Source of the DNA: an uncultured Nitrospiraceae bacterium
GTDB lineage: Bacteria; Nitrospirota; Nitrospiria; Nitrospirales; Nitrospiraceae
Direction of reading: 5' to 3'
NCBI GenBank assembly: GCA_963706325.1
Contig: CAVPLT010000004.1
Coordinates: 1,072,031-1,136,030, forward strand
DNA: 64,000 nt
The position numbers and the translations under genes are program-made. The stretch's first letter is position 1; each line of letters starts with the position of its first letter. Below are positions 9,897 to 19,605 of this stretch, in pieces. Under the pieces are notes generated by a model. The model had not been told where the DNA came from. It made no database searches and was given only the letters and a program-made list of their open reading frames with translations.

Positions 9897-10724
9897 ATGG
9901 CATTAGTTGTCAATACCAACATCTCGTCCCTGGCCGCGCAGCGGAACCTGTCGGTCAACCAAGCCTCATTGGCGAAATCGGTTGAGCATTTGTCGTCTGG
10001 CTTGCGCATTACCCGCGCATCCGACGATGCGGCAGGATTGGGCGTGTCCGAAACCTTGCGGGCGCAGATCCGCAGCATCAACCAAGCCACCCGGAACGCG
10101 GGCGACGGCATCAGCTTGACGCAAACAGCGGATGGCGCGGCCGCGTCGATCGGTAGCCTGTTGGGCCGTATGCGCGAATTGGCCACGCAGGCGGCCAGTG
10201 GAACGGTGGGCACGACCGAGCGGTCGTACCTGGACCAGGAATTTGTGGCGTTGCGTTCTGAAATCGATCGTATCTCGACGACGACGGAATTCAACGGTCA
10301 AGCGTTGCTGAGCGGAAGCAGCAATACTTTCTCGGTGTTCGTCGGGTTCAAGAGCGGATCGGGCAACTCCTTGTCCGTCGCGCTGGATGACCTCGACGTC
10401 GCATCCGTCGGATTGACCGGGGCGAGCGTCTCGACGGCGGCAGCGGCACAGGCCGTGCTCTCCAACATCGACGGCGCAATCAGCTCGGTGGCAACCGCCC
10501 GTGCGAATTACGGGTCGATTCAAAGCCGTTTCGATGCCGCGATTCAGAACCTTACGGTCACGGCAGAGAATTTCACGGCAGCAGATTCGCGGATCCGCGA
10601 TGCGGACATTGCCCAAGAAACCTCCCTGTTCACGAGGAACCAGATCCTCACACAGTCCGGCATTGCGATCTTGGCCCAAGCCAATGCGCTGCCACAGCAA
10701 GCATTAGCGTTGCTGCGAGGGTAA
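9897..10724 (+). CDS. fliC: Flagellin (short, 275 aa)
   Basis: MALVVNTNISSLAAQRNL, LSSGLRITRASDDAAGL, SRIRDADIAQE, LAQANALPQQALALLR. Confidence 0.97.
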   Translation: MALVVNTNISSLAAQRNLSVNQASLAKSVEHLSSGLRITRASDDAAGLGVSETLRAQIRSINQATRNAGDGISLTQTADGAAASIGSLLGRMRELATQAASGTVGTTERSYLDQEFVALRSEIDRISTTTEFNGQALLSGSSNTFSVFVGFKSGSGNSLSVALDDLDVASVGLTGASVSTAAAAQAVLSNIDGAISSVATARANYGSIQSRFDAAIQNLTVTAENFTAADSRIRDADIAQETSLFTRNQILTQSGIAILAQANALPQQALALLRG

Positions 10725-10737
10725 GGCCTCATCCGTT

Positions 10738-10767
10738 GGAGAGCCCTCTCGCAAGAGAGAGCTCTCC
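10738..10767 (+). terminator. Stable stem-loop after fliC (attenuator or 3' stabiliser, no U tract)
   Basis: GGAGAGC-C-CTCTC-GCAA-GAGAG-A-GCTCTCC with a GNRA loop, 14 nt after the stop. Confidence 0.55.
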
Positions 10768-10791
10768 GCGGACTGGTCCTAGGAGGGTAAC

Positions 10792-11151
10792 ATGGTCCCA
10801 GACGTATCAAAAGGTGCGGATCTCCTCGCAAACAATAGTCATGCGAGCCAGAATGCTCCGCAGCATACCCCTGTGCGGAAAGCAGAGGAATGGGTCCCCG
10901 AACCGCAGTCCCCTAGGGTTGCGGTCAACAAGCAAGAACTCGAACAGGCCCTCACGCGGGTGCGTGAGGTCTTTCAAAAAGCCGATTCCCGCGTGGAGTT
11001 TTCGATCGATCCCGATCTTGATCGGGTGGTGGTCAAAATCATGGACGGGGAATCAGGCACCGTGATCCGCCAGATTCCGCAAAAGGAAGTCCTCGAGCTT
11101 GCAAAGAGCTTAGAGGCTCCAACTGGATTATTGCTGCACCAGAAGGGGTAG
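10792..11151 (+). CDS. flaG: Flagellar protein FlaG
   Basis: VEFSIDPDLDRVVVKIMDGESGTVIRQIP motif; lies between fliC and fliD. Confidence 0.9.
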   Translation: MVPDVSKGADLLANNSHASQNAPQHTPVRKAEEWVPEPQSPRVAVNKQELEQALTRVREVFQKADSRVEFSIDPDLDRVVVKIMDGESGTVIRQIPQKEVLELAKSLEAPTGLLLHQKG

Positions 11152-11177
11152 CAATACCACGACATGAAAGGGATGTC

Positions 11178-12560
11178 ATGGCGATTAGCTTCGGGGGATT
11201 AGGCAATGGCGTGGACTTTGGCCAAGTCGTCACAGAGTTGGTCAAAGTCCAACGTCAGCCGATAGATAAACTGACCGCGGCGAAACTAGATCTGCAGAAA
11301 AAACTCACCGACTACGGCCAACTTGGCACCAAGCTATTAGCCCTTCAAAGCGCCGCGAGTCAGTTACGCCTTCCCAGCAGCTTTGACCAGTCAACCAGCA
11401 CCGTAAGTAATGAAAGCGTTCTGAACGCTCAGTCTTCTGCCGGCGCGGGCACAGGAAGTTATACTGTGCAGGTTACTCAGCTTGCCAAGGCCAACCAAAT
11501 TACGAATAAGGCCGCGAAGGCAGTGTCGAATACGACCGATGCCATCGTGTCGGGCGGTGCCGGAACCTTTACCTTTAAAGTTGGCTCAGGTACCAATCAA
11601 GTGGTGACGCTCAAGGATGGTGCGACACTCGATGACCTCCGTTCCGCCATCAACGATCTTGGAGCCGGCGTCACCGCCTCTGTGATCAATACCGGCACGG
11701 AGTCGAGTCCCGCCTATCGACTGACACTCACCGCGACCAGTTCAGGCGCAAGCAACTCTATTTCGATCGTGACTGATACGACATCGCTCGACTTCCTCAA
11801 TGGAAGCGGGACGGGTGGTTCCGACACTTTACAGGCGGGGCAAAATGCCATCCTGGTAATCGGCGATCCGGATCAGACCCCGATCACCATTCAGAGAGAG
11901 AGCAATGTGGTGACTGATGCCATCCCCGATGTCACCCTGACATTAAAGTCGAAGACGACGACCGACCCCGTCACGGTTAATATCAATTCAGATCCTGAGC
12001 GCGTCAAGACCAATATCAAGAATCTGGCGACTGCATACAATGATATCGTCAAATTTATCAATGAACGCACCGCCTACGATGTGACGACTAAAACGGGCGG
12101 CGATTTTTTCAATGAAAGCACCGCAAAGGGCGTGCTTACCCGGTTACGCAGCGCTCTCACGAGCCAAGTGAGCGGGAACTCCGCATTTCAGACCTTGGGA
12201 CAAATCGGATTCAAAACCGAACGCGACGGCACGATGACTATTGACGAAGCCAAGTTGGACTCGGCACTGGCGAGTAATTATTCTGCAACGAAATCACTCT
12301 TTGTGACTCAGCCGACTTCGACAGGCATCGCCCAGCAAATTACGCAAGTGGTGGATCTCTTGGATAGCGTCGATACAGGAGCCTTTACGATTCGAAAAAA
12401 TGCGATTACTGATCAAATCACTCGAATGACGGCCGAAATAGCCCGCAAAGAAACTATTTCGAGTCAATACGAAGAGCGCCTTCGACTTCAATACGCGTCT
12501 CTAGATGGTCTGCTTCAACAAATGCAAGCACAAACCAGCTCACTACAGCAGCTGAGATAA
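11178..12560 (+). CDS. fliD: Flagellar filament cap protein
   Basis: ISFGGLGNGVDFGQVVTELV, GSYTVQVTQLAKA, ESNVVTDAIPDVTLTL, RLRLQYASLD. Confidence 0.95.
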   Translation: MAISFGGLGNGVDFGQVVTELVKVQRQPIDKLTAAKLDLQKKLTDYGQLGTKLLALQSAASQLRLPSSFDQSTSTVSNESVLNAQSSAGAGTGSYTVQVTQLAKANQITNKAAKAVSNTTDAIVSGGAGTFTFKVGSGTNQVVTLKDGATLDDLRSAINDLGAGVTASVINTGTESSPAYRLTLTATSSGASNSISIVTDTTSLDFLNGSGTGGSDTLQAGQNAILVIGDPDQTPITIQRESNVVTDAIPDVTLTLKSKTTTDPVTVNINSDPERVKTNIKNLATAYNDIVKFINERTAYDVTTKTGGDFFNESTAKGVLTRLRSALTSQVSGNSAFQTLGQIGFKTERDGTMTIDEAKLDSALASNYSATKSLFVTQPTSTGIAQQITQVVDLLDSVDTGAFTIRKNAITDQITRMTAEIARKETISSQYEERLRLQYASLDGLLQQMQAQTSSLQQLR

Positions 12561-12575
12561 CTACGAAGGCCAACC

Positions 12576-12968
12576 ATGATTGCCAATGCCGCCAATGCGT
12601 ATCAGCAGACTCAGGTGATGACCGCGAACCGGGTGCAGTTGATCGTGCTGCTCTATGACTCCGCGATTCAGTCTTTGGAATTGGCCCGAGAAGCCATTCT
12701 CACCAACAACTACAAAGACAAAGCCCGTTTTCTCGACCGCAGCATTGCCATTGCAGGGGAACTGTCCAGTGTCTTAGATTTTGAACGGGGAGGAGAGATT
12801 GCCGTCTCGTTGCATCGACTCTACGATTACATTGTGCAGCAGTGCATTCAAGCCAATCTACGGCACAATGGCAAACAGCTGGATGGCCCGATACGTTGCC
12901 TGGGCACATTGCGCGAGGGCTGGCAGGTCGTGGCTCGCCAGGAAGCGGTGGCCCATGCCGGCAGCTAG
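12576..12968 (+). CDS. fliS: Flagellin chaperone FliS
   Basis: AYQQTQVMTA...LIVLLYD, LDFERGGEIAVSLHRLYDY, LREGW. Confidence 0.95.
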   Translation: MIANAANAYQQTQVMTANRVQLIVLLYDSAIQSLELAREAILTNNYKDKARFLDRSIAIAGELSSVLDFERGGEIAVSLHRLYDYIVQQCIQANLRHNGKQLDGPIRCLGTLREGWQVVARQEAVAHAGS

Positions 12969-13299
12969 GCACACTTCTACGCTCCAACCCAATGGTGCCC
13001 AGGCCATCGAGCTTCTTACACAAGAAGCCTTTGAGGCATCACAAGAAGGCGATTGGGATCGAGTAGCCACCTGCTACGAGAGTCGAGGAATCACCCTGCA
13101 AACATGTGTTATTGATCAGGCATTGGCACACCGTGTCATGACTCAGGACGAACAAGTCCGTGCAGCGGTACTGGTGGCGCAAGCCGCTTTATCCAGTTTG
13201 CTTGCTGACGCCGCGCAGGTGACACATCAACTTCGACGTCTGCGGGAGAGCGTAGGACACGTGTCCTCGGGACAGGAAACAATGCACCGTGAAGCCTAA
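12955..13299 (+). CDS. FliT-like chaperone
   Basis: Overlaps the fliS end; helical, with a GDWDRV motif typical of FliT. ATG at 12955 chosen as start. Confidence 0.6.
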   Translation: MPAARHTSTLQPNGAQAIELLTQEAFEASQEGDWDRVATCYESRGITLQTCVIDQALAHRVMTQDEQVRAAVLVAQAALSSLLADAAQVTHQLRRLRESVGHVSSGQETMHREA

Positions 13300-13576
13300 C
13301 TTCTCCATATTCCATCCGGCGTCTGCCGATACACCTCATCTCCTGACTCCGCTGGAAACGATACTGATCAGTCCTATTCTAACTAGCGCGCGAAATGCCA
13401 CGGAAGGCAGATAGTGTACCACGCAATTCAGGCAAGCTTGAGATGGAAGAATAGCATGCGTCGCGCGCCGCTCATCGATGAGCGTTCTGCATCAGCCGGA
13501 AACCACGGTTGGGCGCGACACACTTTTAACCTTCTACAAGCCGAGCCACATCGCTATCCATAGACGAGGCGCTTTC

Positions 13577-14188
13577 ATGACTTCTCCGAGGGACATACCG
13601 GGCGCATTTGCTCACATGGAAGCCAAGAACGAAGAGCGGCGGGAATGGTTGCGCATTGACGATCGACTGCTCCTGGAGTATCGACTGGTCGATGAGCCTG
13701 CAGAAGCGATGAATCATTACCTTCCCCCTGCTACCGAAGACACTATCGCCACGGCCGTTTCGAAGCCAACGATAGATTTGTTGGCTGGGGCGGGCGAAAC
13801 CTTCGCGGGTTCTCCCTTGTTGCCCTGGGTGTCGAAGATCGACTGGATGCTCGAAACGATTCTGAAGTCGCTTGCCAAAGGCCACCCCGGAAGTGTGCAA
13901 ATTGCACGATTGACCGAAGTGGATATCAGTGCCGGCGGTGTGGGTTTCAACACTCCACGCCACTTCCAGTCAGATGACGTGTTGGTCCTCAAGCTCATTC
14001 TTCCGCCGTTCAGTATGATTGAGGCGACCGCTCGGATTATTCGAGTGGCTGGGGCAGGGAAGGGAGAGACAGGATACCATGTTGCGACGCAGTTTATTGA
14101 TCTGGCGGGCGACGACCAGGAACTGATCATTCGTCACATTCTTCAGGTGCAAGCGGAACGTTTGCGGGCAAGAAGAGCGGCCCACTGA
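13577..14188 (+). CDS. PilZ-domain c-di-GMP-binding protein
   Basis: RxxxR (RREWLR) and DxSxxG (DISAGG) motifs plus C-terminal beta-barrel pattern. ATG 13577 follows GAGG. Confidence 0.85.
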   Translation: MTSPRDIPGAFAHMEAKNEERREWLRIDDRLLLEYRLVDEPAEAMNHYLPPATEDTIATAVSKPTIDLLAGAGETFAGSPLLPWVSKIDWMLETILKSLAKGHPGSVQIARLTEVDISAGGVGFNTPRHFQSDDVLVLKLILPPFSMIEATARIIRVAGAGKGETGYHVATQFIDLAGDDQELIIRHILQVQAERLRARRAAH

Positions 14189-14200
14189 GCGCGCTTCTTG

Positions 14201-15136
14201 TCAGGCGGCCTGTCCTGGCACCGGAGCCCCGGACAGGACAGGTTCTATGGCAGGACAGGTAATGATGCCTAGCAACTTCTGCGCCGCTTGCTCAAGAGCC
14301 AGTGAAGCAGGTGCTGTCGGCTCAAACTCAACCACTGGCAGATAACTGCGAACCGCACGAGTCATTGCCGAATCGTCCGGAATCTCGCCCAGCATCGTCA
14401 GATCTCCCCCGACATACTCCTTCAGTAATTTCTTCAACTGCAGCACGTTGACCCGGGACTTACCGGACACGCGGTTGACGATGAGGTGGGGTTGAAACCC
14501 CTGCAGCGTTCGGCTCGCAGTCTCTCGGGCGTTCGGGTCCGTCTCTTCGACAGCCTGGATGACCTGCTCAATACTGGAAAAGTCGCGATCGGAAAGCGCC
14601 TCGCTGACCGCATCCCGCGACAAAAACGCCGACAGAACCCGGCGAATGGCTGCCAGCTTGATGAAACGATAGAGGTCGAGGACAGAGGTCGGATCCGGAG
14701 TGGCCACCGTTAGGTAATGATCGGCCATAAGGAAGAAGTCCAGCGCATGGTAACTGGTCCCTGCGCCGATGTCGACGAGGATAACATCCGCTTGGAGCTG
14801 TCGAAAGTGACGGATCAGTCGTTTTTTTTTGGCATAGGGAAGATTCGCCGTAGCCAAGGTGTCGCCCGTGCCGGGAATCAAGTGGAGGAAGGGATGCGCC
14901 GAGACAGGCTGAAGAACATCCTCAAGGCGTTCGACACGACGTTCAATAAAATCGGTCAAGGTGCGGGGAGGGTGCAACATGCCGAACAATATATGGGCAT
15001 CAGCTCCCCCCACGTCTAGATCGGCCAACACCACCCGCTTGCCCTGCTTTGCCAGCAACATCGATAGGTTTGCGGCCACCACGCTTTTACCAACACCACC
15101 CTTCCCTGAACCGACTGACACGATTGTCGTCGCCAT
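14201..15136 (-). CDS. MinD/FlhG/ParA-family ATPase
   Basis: Deviant Walker A SGKGGVGKS, DLDVGGA, DIGAG, TPDPTS, IVNR. Start at MATTIVSV. Confidence 0.9.
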   Translation of the reverse strand: MATTIVSVGSGKGGVGKSVVAANLSMLLAKQGKRVVLADLDVGGADAHILFGMLHPPRTLTDFIERRVERLEDVLQPVSAHPFLHLIPGTGDTLATANLPYAKKKRLIRHFRQLQADVILVDIGAGTSYHALDFFLMADHYLTVATPDPTSVLDLYRFIKLAAIRRVLSAFLSRDAVSEALSDRDFSSIEQVIQAVEETDPNARETASRTLQGFQPHLIVNRVSGKSRVNVLQLKKLLKEYVGGDLTMLGEIPDDSAMTRAVRSYLPVVEFEPTAPASLALEQAAQKLLGIITCPAIEPVLSGAPVPGQAA

Positions 15137-15299
15137 ACGTACCGGTCCCTCGCGCTTGGGTGAGTTCACCATTCCTTCTTTCGGTCCCGAGGTGACAAAA
15201 CATGAGCGGAGGTACTGCCGAATGCCTGGATAGTCCGCGGGGCAACCAGCCGCTGAACCAATGGGTCCTATTTCACCCCATTCTCCACAAACTGGCAAC

Positions 15300-15327
15300 T
15301 AAAGTTTGAGACGGCGCCCACCGATAG
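15300..15327 (+). promoter_or_regulatory. Putative sigma-28 promoter of the HTH-che operon
   Basis: TAAAGTTT-N12-ACCGATAG: perfect -35 octamer, spacer 1 nt longer than canonical. Confidence 0.55.
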
Positions 15328-15337
15328 CATATCCGTC

Positions 15338-15568
15338 ATGAACAACGCCATCGCAGCAACAACCAAAGTCAATGTCGAGAGTGCACCGTCTACGGAGAAC
15401 GAGATTTTGACCGTGACGGAGGTCGCGCGATTTTTGCGCGTGCCAAAGTCCACGGTGTATAAGCTCGCCCGCTTGGGGCAGCTTCCCGCATCTAAAATCG
15501 GGAAACATTGGCGATTTCTCAGGCGTGACATTCACGATTGGATGCACAACCGGACCCAACAAAACTGA
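15338..15568 (+). CDS. Excisionase-like (HTH_17) DNA-binding protein
   Basis: ILTVTEVARFLRVPKSTVYKLARLGQLPASKIGKHWRF. Confidence 0.85.
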   Translation: MNNAIAATTKVNVESAPSTENEILTVTEVARFLRVPKSTVYKLARLGQLPASKIGKHWRFLRRDIHDWMHNRTQQN

Positions 15569-15680
15569 TCCCTCTCGAGGGAGTGCAGTATGTCGGGTCG
15601 GGCAGCACCACCAGACGCTCGGATATCCAAAGGGTCCGAGGCAGGGTCCTATCACCTGAATGGGTTAGGAGAGGCAGTCA

Positions 15681-16544
15681 ATGGCCGACATAAATACCCT
15701 GAGGAAAACGGACGCGCCCGCACCTAAATTGACGGCCGAGACATTCAAACAGCTGGGGGATCTGATCTACGAAATGACCGGCATTCATTTTCAGGATAAC
15801 AAAACCTATCTTTTGGAAAGCCGGTTGTTGCCTCGCTTGAAAGCCTGTCGATGTCAAACCTTCGAGAGCTATCTCAACTACCTGCGCTTCGATGCGTATC
15901 GGGATCGCGAAGTCACCGAACTTTACACGGTCATCACCACGAACGAGACGTACTTTTTCCGCGACGAAGCCCAGCTGGAAAGCTTTATGAAGGTCATGAT
16001 TCCAGAAGTCATGAAGACGAACGCGGCAACCAAACAAATCCGCATCTGGAGCGCCGCCTGTTCGACTGGAGATGAACCCTATACGTTGGCATTGTTACTG
16101 CGTGATTATCCGCCCCTGAACGGCTGGAGCATCGACATACTGGCTACGGACATCAGCGAAAATGTATTAAATATCGCCCGAGCAGCCACTTACAGCTCAC
16201 ATTCACTGCGCAAAGTTCCGCCGGCCATGATCGCCAAGTATTTCACCGGGAAGAAAGAGCAGCAAACCCTCGTCCCGCAGGTGAAAGACATGGTGCGATT
16301 CATGAACGTGAATCTGTACGACCGTCCGAGACTCAAACTGGTGCGAGGTATCGATATCGTGTTTTGCCGTAACTGCCTCATCTATTTTGACGACAAGGCG
16401 AAAGCGCAGATTGTCTCCGACTTGCGCGATGCCTTGCGCCCGAAAGGGTTTTTGATGATCGGGTTTTCCGAGACGTTGCACGACAAGACCGGGCACTTCC
16501 GAGCTATTCATGCAGGCCGTTCCGTTATTCATGAGAAACAGTAG
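15681..16544 (+). CDS. cheR: Chemotaxis methyltransferase
   Basis: [37 protein letters not shown]. Confidence 0.96.
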   Translation: MADINTLRKTDAPAPKLTAETFKQLGDLIYEMTGIHFQDNKTYLLESRLLPRLKACRCQTFESYLNYLRFDAYRDREVTELYTVITTNETYFFRDEAQLESFMKVMIPEVMKTNAATKQIRIWSAACSTGDEPYTLALLLRDYPPLNGWSIDILATDISENVLNIARAATYSSHSLRKVPPAMIAKYFTGKKEQQTLVPQVKDMVRFMNVNLYDRPRLKLVRGIDIVFCRNCLIYFDDKAKAQIVSDLRDALRPKGFLMIGFSETLHDKTGHFRAIHAGRSVIHEKQ

Positions 16545-16555
16545 GAGGAGTACTC

Positions 16556-16936
16556 ATGCCAGCTGATCCAAATATGAAGATTCTCGTCGTGGATGACATG
16601 TCAACCATGCGACGTATCGTCAAGAATATCCTCAAGCAACTGGGCTTTAATAATTTGGAAGAAGCCGAAAATGGCCAGGAAGCCTTGACCAAGTTAAAGG
16701 CCGACACGTACGGCTTCGTGGTGTCCGACTGGAATATGCCGATCATGATGGGGATCGACATGCTGCGCGCCATCCGCGCCGATGAGAAGCTGAAGAAAAT
16801 TCCCGTCTTGATGGTCACGGCGGAAGCGCAAAAAGAAAATCTGATGGAAGCTGTGCAAGCCGGGGTCAGCAACTATGTCGTCAAACCGTTCACTGCTGAG
16901 ACGATGCAAGAAAAGATCAATAAGATTTTCAAGTAA
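16556..16936 (+). CDS. cheY: Chemotaxis response regulator
   Basis: [31 protein letters not shown]. Confidence 0.96.
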   Translation: MPADPNMKILVVDDMSTMRRIVKNILKQLGFNNLEEAENGQEALTKLKADTYGFVVSDWNMPIMMGIDMLRAIRADEKLKKIPVLMVTAEAQKENLMEAVQAGVSNYVVKPFTAETMQEKINKIFK

Positions 16937-16958
16937 TCGTCTCTAACCAGTGAGGGTG

Positions 16959-17612
16959 ATGATGGCACAACCACGAGGCGCAGCGCAGTCGCGAGACGAA
17001 ATGGACGACCCTGAAGCGGACGGGAAGGCGCCGGACACCAAGCTCTACGAGGAACTCGGTGAGCTCGCAAGATTTATCGATACCACGATGAAGACCCTGT
17101 CTGAATTCAGCGCCCCGGTCAATGCTTCGACGGAACAACTGCCTCAGGCGCAGACCCACCTCCTGAATCTCAAGACTCAGACCGAACAGGGTACCCATAG
17201 GGTCATGCTTGAAGTAGAGGCCATCCAGGACAATCACACCCGGATCAGCAACATGCTGAAGGAACTGACGCAGGGACTGCAGCATGCGCAGGTGGCCCCT
17301 GGACTCATACAACAGGCAAACAAAATAGGACAGCAGCTCGGACAAGACGACAAACGATTGCTTGACATCATGACGGCGTTATCGTTCCAGGATTTGGTTG
17401 CGCAGAGTGTCAACAAACTCGTGACGATTCTCGACGAAGTCGAACATAAATTGCTACAGCTCGTGGTGGTGTTCGGCCCTTATCAAAAGCAGGCCGCCAA
17501 AAAAGATCAAAGCAAAGCCACTGAGATGCTGAAACAGTTGGAAGCGACTAAGAATACCTCGATGGATCAGGATTTGGCCGATGAGATTCTCAAGCAATTC
17601 GGTTTTAACTGA
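16959..17612 (+). CDS. cheZ: CheY-P phosphatase CheZ
   Basis: LYEELGELAR, TEQGTHRVM, catalytic FQDLVAQ (DxxxQ), C-terminal DQDLADEILKQFGF. Start uncertain (16950-16962). Confidence 0.88.
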   Translation: MMAQPRGAAQSRDEMDDPEADGKAPDTKLYEELGELARFIDTTMKTLSEFSAPVNASTEQLPQAQTHLLNLKTQTEQGTHRVMLEVEAIQDNHTRISNMLKELTQGLQHAQVAPGLIQQANKIGQQLGQDDKRLLDIMTALSFQDLVAQSVNKLVTILDEVEHKLLQLVVVFGPYQKQAAKKDQSKATEMLKQLEATKNTSMDQDLADEILKQFGFN

Positions 17613-17621
17613 GGTGGGGTT

Positions 17622-19511
17622 ATGAGCGATGAAATGCAGGAAATACTCAACGACTTTCTGACGGAATCGAATGAAATGCTGGAGGTGTTAGACCAGCGCT
17701 TCGTCACCCTCGAATCCGATCCCAACAACACCGACCTCCTGAACGAGATCTTTCGTGCCATGCATAGCATGAAAGGGTCGGCCGGCTTTCTCGGATTCAA
17801 TCATTTAGTCAACGTAGCCCATCGCGGAGAAAACATTCTGAACAAGCTCCGCCAGGGTGACATGGCTGTCAGCCCGACGATCATTAGCGTCATCCTCGAG
17901 ACCATTGACGTCATTAAGGCCATCATGGCCGACATTCGCGCAACCGGCACAGACACCCATGTCGCCACGGACGCCATCGCGGCCACTTTGGACGCTATCC
18001 TTAATGGCAATAGCAGCGCAGCCGCGCCACCCGTGACATCCTCGGCGACCCCGAGCGGGGCCACAGCGCCGGCGCCGTCAATTGCTCCGGCCCATTCTGT
18101 AGAACCTGCACAGACATTAGGTGAAATCCTGGTGAACGAGGGCTTGGCGTCGAAGGATCAAGTACTGGACGCCCTCAACGCCCAACAGCATCAGCCGGAC
18201 CCGAAGACGCCTCTGGGCGAAATTCTCTTGCAGGCCAAAGCGATCACCGAACGCGCGCTGGACCAGGCGCTTCATAAACAGGAGAAGCAACCCAAGCCGG
18301 CTGAAGAAGACGCCACCATCCGGGTGGAAACGAAGCGCCTCGACAGTGTGATGAATCTGGTCGGCGAATTGGTCTTAGGTCGCAATCGATTGATCAAGAT
18401 AGGCACCCAACTAGAACAGAATCATGAGTCCGATCCTCAGGTCCGGGTGTTGAGCGAAACCCTCGCGCAGCTGAATTTGGTGACGACCGATTTACAGTTG
18501 GCCGTCATGAAAACCCGCATGCTCCCGATCAAAAAAGTGTTTGCAAAGCTGCCCCGAATGGTCCGCGACCTGTCGCAGAAACTCAATAAACAGGTCCGTC
18601 TGGAAATGCGCGGCGAAGAGACTGAGCTCGACAAGTCCGTCGCCGACGAAATCGGCGATCCGCTGGTGCACTTGGTGCGCAATGCGATCGACCACGGTAT
18701 CGAAACTCCCGTGGAGCGACAGGCCAAAGGAAAACCTGGCGAAGGACAGTTGACCATTGCCGCGAGCCAGGAAGGCAACAGCATTGTTATCCGCATTAAC
18801 GATGACGGGCGCGGGATTCCAGTCGACAAGATCAAAGCCAAGGCCCTCGCCAAAGGACTGATTAGCGAGGCCGAACTGGCGACCATGGAGCATCGCGAAG
18901 TCTTGAACCTCATCTTCCTGCCGGGGTTCAGCACAGCCGAGCAAGTCACGGATGTCTCCGGGCGTGGCGTCGGGATGGACGTCGTGCGAACCAACATTCG
19001 CAAGATCAACGGCAGTGTGGATCTCGAATCTGAACCGGGCAAGGGAAGCCAGATTATCATTAAGCTGCCTTTGACGATCGCGATTATTCAGGCGTTGATG
19101 GTGGAAGTCGAGCAGTCCATTTTCGCTATCCCGCTGAGTACTGTCATCGAAGCAGTGCGCATTTCTCGCACCGACATCAAGACCATCAATGGGCGAGAAG
19201 TGCTGCACCTGCGGGATCGCGTGCTGCCACTCATTCGCCTGGCGCAGGAGTTTGACATTCCGACAAACTCCGAGCGCGAGCGGTTTTACGTTGTGGTGGC
19301 CGCCTTGGGCGACCGACGTGTCGGGGTCGTGGTGGATGAACTGCGCTCCCAGGAGGAAGTCGTCATCAAGTCTATCTGGGACTATCTCGAAACCGTCAAA
19401 GGGGTATCCGGCGCCACGATTACCGGCGAGGGCAAGGTCGTGCTCATTCTGGACACCTCGGAATTGGTCCAGAATGCGCGAGCCTGGCATAACAGTGGGG
19501 TTGCGGCCTGA
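17622..19511 (+). CDS. cheA: Chemotaxis histidine kinase CheA with MshEN-like insert
   Basis: P1 IFRAMHSMKGSAG, P3 IRVETKRLDSVMNLVGELV, P4 HLVRNAIDHG...GFSTAEQVTDVSGRGVGMDVV, P5 CheW-like domain. Confidence 0.97.
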   Translation: MSDEMQEILNDFLTESNEMLEVLDQRFVTLESDPNNTDLLNEIFRAMHSMKGSAGFLGFNHLVNVAHRGENILNKLRQGDMAVSPTIISVILETIDVIKAIMADIRATGTDTHVATDAIAATLDAILNGNSSAAAPPVTSSATPSGATAPAPSIAPAHSVEPAQTLGEILVNEGLASKDQVLDALNAQQHQPDPKTPLGEILLQAKAITERALDQALHKQEKQPKPAEEDATIRVETKRLDSVMNLVGELVLGRNRLIKIGTQLEQNHESDPQVRVLSETLAQLNLVTTDLQLAVMKTRMLPIKKVFAKLPRMVRDLSQKLNKQVRLEMRGEETELDKSVADEIGDPLVHLVRNAIDHGIETPVERQAKGKPGEGQLTIAASQEGNSIVIRINDDGRGIPVDKIKAKALAKGLISEAELATMEHREVLNLIFLPGFSTAEQVTDVSGRGVGMDVVRTNIRKINGSVDLESEPGKGSQIIIKLPLTIAIIQALMVEVEQSIFAIPLSTVIEAVRISRTDIKTINGREVLHLRDRVLPLIRLAQEFDIPTNSERERFYVVVAALGDRRVGVVVDELRSQEEVVIKSIWDYLETVKGVSGATITGEGKVVLILDTSELVQNARAWHNSGVAA

Positions 19512-19605
19512 GGAGAATCTGAAGCGTCGTTCGTGATGTGTCCGACCCTGCAGCCGAGGGCCGCTTTACGAACGACGAATCGAGTCCGAAAGAATCGGAG
19601 GAAGT

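Noticed and set aside
13306..13332. GCCGATAC -10-like box upstream of the PilZ gene
   Set aside because: No convincing -35 element at the right spacing.
15338..15568. Prophage or integrative element implied by the excisionase-like gene
   Set aside because: No integrase, att site or phage genes nearby.
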